Shown here: in pieces, positions 56,834-64,000 of the stretch
Position numbering within the stretch: position 1 is the stretch's first letter
Layout of the letters: each line of letters begins with the position of its first letter
The notes under the pieces: model-generated
What the model was told of the DNA's origin: nothing
Database searches by the model: none
The model's input: only the letters and a program-made list of their open reading frames with translations
From: Eledone cirrhosa
Taxonomy: Eukaryota
Assembly (NCBI GenBank): GCA_964016885.1
Contig: OZ024743.1
Location: 188,790,001-188,854,000, forward strand
Reading direction: 5' to 3'
DNA length: 64,000 nt
Translations under genes and position numbers: made by a program

Positions 56834-57905
56834 TTAAACCAACCATCTCATTTCGCTTCTCTCGGATCGGTTGTTTAATTGTGGTCCTAGGCGTTTGATC
56901 CAAAGTGCTTCCTTGATACGTAACGTGCCGACGTTTCTTTCTGTCGCTAGAATTGTGACAATGGGCCGCCCGTCTTTGTTTCTGCATTTGGCTATGTGTT
57001 TCCGTAAAGACGAGGCCCTGGTGTTAGTGTGTTCCTTGATGCGGATGTGCAACGGCCGGATTTTGCTACCTATAGAGTATTGGTTGCACTTGTTACATTC
57101 TATCTTATACACGACGTATGTGCGTAGGCAACAGTTCACATGGCGCACGCGTCAGTTGATTTCCCAGGTTTCCTGGAGAGGCATCTTCGCAGGGAGGGGC
57201 CCGAGTGGGCCAGGTGGATGTCGAAGCCCTCCCTCCGTATAGCCTTGCGGATAGCGTTGGTGGTATCCTCGCCCAGGTGTGGCATTTTAAGGAAGCACTT
57301 GCCTTGGGTGCCTCTCTGTCTCTTGTGTCTGGTGTCTCCTACTCTGTCTGTAAGCGAGGTAGGGTACCCGTTCGTCTCCAGCACCTCGAGGAATCGCTTG
57401 GTGTGAGTGACACCACTCACAGGATCGCTACATCTGTTTTTGATTCGCGCGATCTCGTTCGTGATGTATCCTCTGTTGGCACTGTTAGGGAGGGCGGACT
57501 TGTAGTGAACGAACAGGTTCCTGCAGGCTGCCTTTCGGTAGAAGTTGTAGTGGATCCCTCCCTGTTCCGTGATGTTGATTCGGAAGTCGAGGAGGGCAAG
57601 TGACCCGTCGTCGTTGGGGTGTTCAACACTGAAGTCAATGTTCTCGTCCGCGTTGTTGAACGTCTCATAGATTCTGTTCGCCATATCTTGGAAAGATGTG
57701 AGTATGAGGATATTGTCCACGTACCTTGAGAAAAAGGCGATAGCGTTGGGGTGGCAGGCGTTGAGTGCCTTGCGCTCGTGGCTGTCCATGTAAGAGATCG
57801 TTAGCACACCCAACAGGCTTGATCCCATGGGCAGTCCCGAGGTTTGTTGGTATGTTTGGTCAAGGAATCCGAAGTAGGTGTTGTCGACGACGATGGAGAG
57901 GAGTA
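56834..57905 (-). mobile_element. 5'-truncated PLE, different family (RT C-terminal half plus GIY-YIG)
   Basis: GLPMGS, FSRYVDN, LALLD, FYRK, NGYP, VVYKIECNKCNQYSIGS..RIKEH, EALWI..PQLN; one frameshift; (CA)-rich 3' UTR to about 56440. Confidence 0.92.
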
Positions 57906-57984
57906 TTTGTGTATATATATATTTGTGTACATATATGTATATATATATATATATTTGTGTATATATATATATTTATGTATATAT

Positions 57985-58521
57985 GGAACAAAACAATCTA
58001 ACCCATGCTAGCGTGGAATATGATTGAGGAAAACATGCGCAAAGGTTGAGGAAAACATGCGTAAAGATCGGCGGATCACTCTGGATGCTCTCTGCATTTT
58101 GGTTCCTGAGGTTTCCCGAAGCACCATCCACAGGAAAAGTTGCAACTGTCTCGTCGGAAATTGACGGTCTCCCGCTCCTTTGTTCGTCATGAATTTCAGT
58201 ACGACCGGCTGTAAACTCTCTACACCACTTGCGAACGTTTTTGACATCCATGCACGACTGTCCATACACTTCCATCAATTGCGAATGATTTTCAATCGGT
58301 TCATCGCCTTTTGGGTTTAAAAACCGAATAACTGTGCGAACTTCGCATTTGGCGGTAGTGTTCAAGAGGAGGTCCATTCTCAACGGTTGCCAAGCCAAGA
58401 TTGAGCATCCCAGCGAAGCGCGCGCAACTTGTTTTTGGGGTGAAGGAAGCAACAATCGCAACAGTGTTCTCAACAGTCGTACGAACAGTTTCTCTGTATC
58501 CCCATCGCTTTCGAGACCTTA
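57985..58521 (-). mobile_element. Mariner 5' fragment with an internal inversion
   Basis: Terminus tacgagggcaatcc on the minus strand; HTH region CEVRTVIRFL..VRKWCREF..GR..IHDEQRSGRPS. Confidence 0.88.
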
Positions 58522-58538
58522 ATTTTAGGATTGCCCTC

Positions 58539-58597
<59 letters not shown>

Positions 58598-58602
<5 letters not shown>

Positions 58603-58910
58603 AGTATATGTTGGTTGTTTACCGACACCTAAGTATGCTGATTGGAGCACTCGACAAAGTGCGCCGGTTGGTTTGGTTACTCCGGAGTAATGTAAAATAA
58701 AATAAATAAGTCAAATGTTTAAAATTTGGCTTCGTTTATTACTGCTATATATATTTCGGTGGCAGCCATCTTTGGCTATGACCTCTTCAGGCAGTCCGAA
58801 TTGGTGTGGTAGAGACGGGTACACATGTTGAGGTGTTTAACTTCGTCAATACTCTGATATGCCCAGCTCCTGGTTGGGTTGATATTTCTCTGAGGAACTG
58901 GATCAATAAA
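58598..58910 (-). mobile_element. PLE-type 3' end with hammerhead and tail hairpin, in (TA)n
   Basis: Hammerhead at 58741-58795 and bulged hairpin at 58648-58689. Confidence 0.78.
58741..58795 (-). ncRNA. Type I hammerhead ribozyme
   Basis: actgc CTGAAGA ggt ca tagcca aaga tggctg cc acc GAAA tatata TA gcagt. Confidence 0.88.
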
Positions 58911-58924
58911 TATATATATACATG

Positions 58925-58991
<67 letters not shown>

Positions 58992-59010
58992 ATATATATA
59001 AATATACATG

Positions 59011-59063
<53 letters not shown>

Positions 59064-59156
59064 ATATATATATATACATGTATGTATATATATAAATATA
59101 TATATATATACACATGTATATACATATATATATACATATGTATATATATATACAGG

Positions 59157-59207
<51 letters not shown>

Positions 59208-59639
59208 TTATATATATATATACATCTGTTTGTATATATATACATGTTTGTATTATATATATATATACACGTTTGTGAATATATATATATATATATATAT
59301 ACATGTTTGTATATATATACATGTATATATATATATATACATGTATATATATATATATATATAAATGTATTTATATATATATACATACATCTATATATAT
59401 ATATACATACATGTATATATATGTATACATGTATGTATATATATATATATACATATATATATACATATATATATATATACATATATATATATACATATAT
59501 ACATATACACATATATACATACATATATATATATATACATTTATGTATATATATATATATACATATACATATCTATTTATTCATTTATTTGCTCTTTATT
59601 TATCTTTTTCTTTATCCTTTATCTTTTCTTCTCCCTCCT

Positions 59640-59812
59640 TTTCTCTTCTTTCTCTTTTTTTTCTGTTTTTTTTCTATATATGTTTTTCTTTTTTTCTTTT
59701 TTTCTTTTTTTCTTTTTTTCTTTTTTTCTTTTTTTCTTTTTTTTTCTTTTTTCTTTTTTTCTTTTTTTCTTTTTTTCTTTTTTTCTTTTTTTCTTTTTTC
59801 CTTTTCGTTTTT
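59640..59812. repeat. Pyrimidine-rich T6-8C simple repeat
   Basis: Repeated tttttttc / ttttttc units. Confidence 0.9.
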
Positions 59813-60073
59813 TCTCTCTCACTTTCTTTATTAATGATGTTGTAATTTGAATTCGTAGACATTGAGTATCTTTTTAACAGATTTTATCAGTTCTTCTGAG
59901 GATCTGGTTAAGCTAACAACGTTTTTAAAATTGAGTAGCACAGCTCCAAGTGTTCAGCAATTTTTAGACAACTTAATCAGTTAAATAATTTTTAAGACTG
60001 TAAATAAAACCCTTTTTTGTACTCTTGACCATGTTATTCTTCACTCTTTCAATATATATACATATATATCTTT

Positions 60074-60458
60074 CAATATTCAATGATATTAAATAAATGG
60101 AAACTATATTTATGAAATCATATTTATTCTATTATATATATTTCAAGGGAACGAGAACTTTGGTACACTTTAATCAGATAAAATACAAAGTTTGTTTTAT
60201 AAATTTTGACATAATCAAGAAAGGATACCTTAACGGTTCAAGATTTCCTTTGTATTTTGTCCGATGAAAGCGTACCAAAGTTCTGGTACCCTTGAAATAT
60301 ATATAATAGAATAAATATGGTTTTATAAATATAGTTTCTATTTATTTAATATCATTGAATATTATACTCCAGAAAAGCTGTCGAGGGCTCTGAATCAGTT
60401 ATAAACATTTATATTTGTTGAAGTACCAACAAATTGAATATCCCTTTTGTTTATCTTT

Positions 60459-60460
<2 letters not shown>
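60074..60460. mobile_element. Fold-back hammerhead element (family of 6673)
   Basis: Inverted arms; + strand core tattttgt CCGATGA aagcgtacca..tggtaccctt GAAA tatata TA atagaata at 60253-60313; tail hairpin at 60365-60387. Confidence 0.82.
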
Positions 60461-60533
<73 letters not shown>

Positions 60534-60634
60534 GAAACACACAGATACATGCGGACACACACATATATACATGAATGCATCCGCATACATATATATATAT
60601 ACATGTATATACATATATATACATATATATATAC

Positions 60635-60669
<35 letters not shown>

Positions 60670-60712
60670 AATACATATGTGTATATATATGTATGTATAT
60701 ATATGTATATAT

Positions 60713-60746
<34 letters not shown>

Positions 60747-61329
60747 GTATATATATACATATGTATATATATACATGGAGGGCCGTGACTCTATGCTGTA
60801 AAGCAATTATAATAATACTGGACTGTAGTACGATCGGCTTCAACGATACAAACTATTGAAAGTCAACAGTTGACATAATCTTGTAATCTTGTATCAGTAA
60901 TGACGGTATTATATATATATATGTGTGTGTGTGTGAGTAAGTGAGTAGAGTAGCGTGTGTGTGTTTGTTTGTATGTATGAATGTTGCTGTGTGCGCGCAT
61001 ATGTATGCGCGTGTGTGTATGTCGTACGTATAAGTGTCAATAAGTGATTTTTTTTTTTTTTTTTGCGCGGGGACATAGAAATAATCGGGCTGGATGCCCG
61101 ATCGCGCAGTTAAACCACTGGGAGTGAAGAACCCCTAGCTCTTGTCAGGGTATTCTTCTAGGAGAAGGTATCTGGGTTAACTCCGACATAAAACCTGCGG
61201 CTCAGTAGTTACCGATGATGTTGATCTTTTCTTCTTTTCGGGTTATAGCTACTGTCGCTGAGAGAGTGGGATTGGCTCAGTGCACAGTCTTTCCTCACTT
61301 TAAAAATATTCGTCACGCACACGCATTGC

Positions 61330-61578
61330 ACGAGTGCATTAATAATTATTAATAGTGTACTATTATTGTTATTATTATTATTTTATATTTTTATATTTTT
61401 TTTGTTAAATTAGTCTTGTCATTGTGCACTTTTACTCGACCTTATTGTAAACCCCCACTGTCCCTGTCTTTGTATTGTCCCCTACATGTCGGCCCTTGTG
61501 GCTAATAAATGAAATCATTATTATTATTATTATTATTATTACTATTATTATTACTATTATTATTACTATTATTATTAC
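61330..61578 (+). mobile_element. LINE-like 3' end with (ATT)n tail
   Basis: gtccc...cccttgtggctaataaa followed by (ATT)n; similar end at about 47290-47388. Confidence 0.5.
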
Positions 61579-61605
61579 TTTTTTTTTTTTTTTTTTTCCA
61601 ATTCA

Positions 61606-64000
61606 ATGATGTTCCAGAACAATATAAAAGAGATAATTGGCAATTTAGGTTCTGGAACAAAAAAGATCATTGGCAATAAGGGCAGGGCCCCCAGGTTATC
61701 ACAGCCTGGGCCCGCTCGTCATCGTGCCATTGTAATAGAGTCAAACAAGGCATTTAGTCTTGGCTGCTGGAACGTACGGACGCTGCTTGACAGGGATTCC
61801 TTTGGGAGTCCTGAACGAAGGACCGCTCTTGTTGCAAAGGAGCTTCGACGTTACGATCTTGACATCGTGGCTTTGTCTGAGACGAGGCTAGCTGGAGATG
61901 GTTATCTTACGGAATTTTGTGGAGAATATACATTCTTCTGGAAAGGAAGAGATGAAAGAACCAGAAGAGAGGCTGGGGTAGGATTTGCTGTTAAGACTGT
62001 GCTTGTGAACAAATTAGAAGAATTCCCAGTAGTGATTAGTGAGCGTCTTATGTCCATGAGAGTTCCGCTGGATAAGGGAAGATATGCTACACTGGTGAGT
62101 GTGTATGCTCCAACTATGAGTTCTGTCGATGAGGAAAAGGTGACCTTTTACCATGCCTTGAAAGGTGTTTTAAGAAATATCCCTCAGACAGACAAAGTCA
62201 TCGTGCTTGGTGACTTTAATGCTAGAGTGGGTAGGGATGTTAACACATGGAATGTAATCGGAAGGCATGGGGTGGGAAAGTGTAACAGCAATGGTATGCT
62301 CCTGCTGCAGATGTGTGAGGAGCTGGATCTGTGTGTTACCAACACCATGTTCCAACAAAAGAATAAATTCAAGACCACATGGATGCATCCTGCATCTAAG
62401 GAATGGCATCTTTTGGACTACGTCCTAGTCAGGATGTGTGACAGACAGGATGTGCAGTGTTTTCGTGTTCTTCGTGGAGCTGAGTGCTGGACGAACCACC
62501 GCCTGGTACGCGCAAAAGTGAAACTAATCACTAAACGTAAAATCCGGGCTCCTGGTGTTGCCCTGCCCCAAAGAATGAATGCTGCTCGTCTTAAGGATAA
62601 AAATGTGAAGAGGACATTGGAAGAAGAGATGCAGGCTGCAGATTTTGGTGAGGATTGCCCGACCCTTAAAAAGTCGGTTTATGATGTAGGCATGCGTGTT
62701 CTGGGATTGGCGCAGAGGAAACATCAGGACTTGTTTGATGAGAATGATGTACATATAGAAGACTTGTTGGCTGATAAGAGGCGTGCTCTGTCACGCTACT
62801 TGACGGCAAAACCACAGGAGAGGAATACGTTGCATGAGGAACCCAGGGATGTAAAATCACGTGTTAGGCGGAGTCTTTCTAAGATGAAGGATCAGTGGTG
62901 GAGTGAGAAGGCTGGTGAGATACAAACTGCGTCTGATTCCAATAACACAAAGCAGTTGTACAGTCTCTTGCGTGAGGTTTATGGACCGTCTTCTTCTCTG
63001 GTGACACCGCTTCGCAGCAAGGATGGCAAAGAACTTCTTCGTGACTCACAAGGAATTCTACGAAGGTGGCGAGAGCACTTTGATGATCTTTTGAATCAGC
63101 CGTCTGTCGTTAGTGAAGATTTCCTCAATCTCATTCCAGAAAGTCCTGTGAAAGTAGCTCTCGCAGAACCTCCGACGCTTGTGGAGGTTGCAGTGGCTAT
63201 TTCGAAGCTGAACAGTGGAAGATCTCCAGGCATGGATGGCATACATGCTGAGCTCCTACAATATGGTGGTGAGAGACTCCTGCAACATCTTCACTCTTTG
63301 TTTGGCAGGATATGGGCTAATGAATCCGTACCTGAGGACTGGAGATATGCAGTAATGGTGATCTTGTACAAGGGAAAGTGTAACAGGAACGATTGTGGGA
63401 ACTACAGAGGTATATCATTGCTTTCTGTCGTAGGGAATGTTTTATGTAGGGTGCTTCTGGACCGTCTGCTGACACTCATTGCAGATTGTGTTCTTCCTGA
63501 AAGTCAATCTGGTTTTCGTGCTGGACGCGGCACTACTGATATGATCTTCTCAGCTAGACAGCTCCAGGAGAAGTGCATGGAACAAGGCTTGGATCTGTAT
63601 CAGGTTTTTGTCGATCTGACAAAAGCTTTCGATACTGTTAACAGAGATGCATTATGGAAGGTTCTCCAGAAACTTGGTTGCCCTGATAAGCTCCTTGCTT
63701 TAGTTAGGTCTTTCCATGACGACATGAAGGCTTGGGTTAATGTCGGGGGTAACATGTCGGAGCCTATCTCAGTAAAAAATGGAGTGAAACAGGGGGATAT
63801 TCCAGCACCGACCCTGTTTGCCATATACTTTGCAATGGTTTTCTGTATTGCATTCAGGAATTGCGAGCATGGTCTTTACATCCGATATCGAACCTCAGGC
63901 AGCATATTTAACATCAGGCGCTTTGCTGCGAAGACAAAAGTATTTACATCAATCATAAGAGACCTCTTGTATGCAGATGATTGCGATCTTGTAGCGCACA
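61606..64000 (+). CDS. RTE-BovB-type LINE ORF (APE endonuclease plus RT), open to the window end
   Basis: ATG at 61606, no in-frame stop seen; WNVRTL, ALSETRL, YAPT, GDFNARVG, TWMHP, LDY, NYRGISLL, QSGFR, FVDLTKAFD, GVKQG, YADD at about 63970; missing from the ORF track because it has no stop in the window. Confidence 0.93.
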   Translation, partial: MMFQNNIKEIIGNLGSGTKKIIGNKGRAPRLSQPGPARHRAIVIESNKAFSLGCWNVRTLLDRDSFGSPERRTALVAKELRRYDLDIVALSETRLAGDGYLTEFCGEYTFFWKGRDERTRREAGVGFAVKTVLVNKLEEFPVVISERLMSMRVPLDKGRYATLVSVYAPTMSSVDEEKVTFYHALKGVLRNIPQTDKVIVLGDFNARVGRDVNTWNVIGRHGVGKCNSNGMLLLQMCEELDLCVTNTMFQQKNKFKTTWMHPASKEWHLLDYVLVRMCDRQDVQCFRVLRGAECWTNHRLVRAKVKLITKRKIRAPGVALPQRMNAARLKDKNVKRTLEEEMQAADFGEDCPTLKKSVYDVGMRVLGLAQRKHQDLFDENDVHIEDLLADKRRALSRYLTAKPQERNTLHEEPRDVKSRVRRSLSKMKDQWWSEKAGEIQTASDSNNTKQLYSLLREVYGPSSSLVTPLRSKDGKELLRDSQGILRRWREHFDDLLNQPSVVSEDFLNLIPESPVKVALAEPPTLVEVAVAISKLNSGRSPGMDGIHAELLQYGGERLLQHLHSLFGRIWANESVPEDWRYAVMVILYKGKCNRNDCGNYRGISLLSVVGNVLCRVLLDRLLTLIADCVLPESQSGFRAGRGTTDMIFSARQLQEKCMEQGLDLYQVFVDLTKAFDTVNRDALWKVLQKLGCPDKLLALVRSFHDDMKAWVNVGGNMSEPISVKNGVKQGDIPAPTLFAIYFAMVFCIAFRNCEHGLYIRYRTSGSIFNIRRFAAKTKVFTSIIRDLLYADDCDLVAH

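Noticed and set aside
59619-59862. Lys/Arg/Glu-rich ORFs
   Set aside because: Translation of a T-rich simple repeat

Overview
AT-rich animal genomic DNA, almost entirely repeats: long (TA)n tracts, RTE and R4/Dong LINEs, tRNA-derived SINEs, mariner/Tc1 and hAT elements, a decayed Helitron and Penelope-like elements (PLEs). The repeat mix suggests an octopod cephalopod (inference only). No convincing host gene was found; most listed ORFs are microsatellite artefacts. Two retroelements are nearly intact: a PLE at 15740-20742 and an RTE ORF running from 61606 off the window end. The main result is a set of about ten small, sequence-unrelated, mostly non-coding elements inserted in (TA)n tracts. 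Most of them share three traits: (1) a type I hammerhead ribozyme; (2) fold-back geometry with a long tailed arm and a short arm, or tandem units of about 316-627 bp; (3) a covarying hairpin with a 2-nt 3' bulge (RCTY-stem-TH-GAG) about 40-75 nt from the 3' end, just past where the short arm stops. This looks like a shared cis-signal of a PLE-mobilised, retrozyme-like RNA guild. All structures were paired by eye, not computed.
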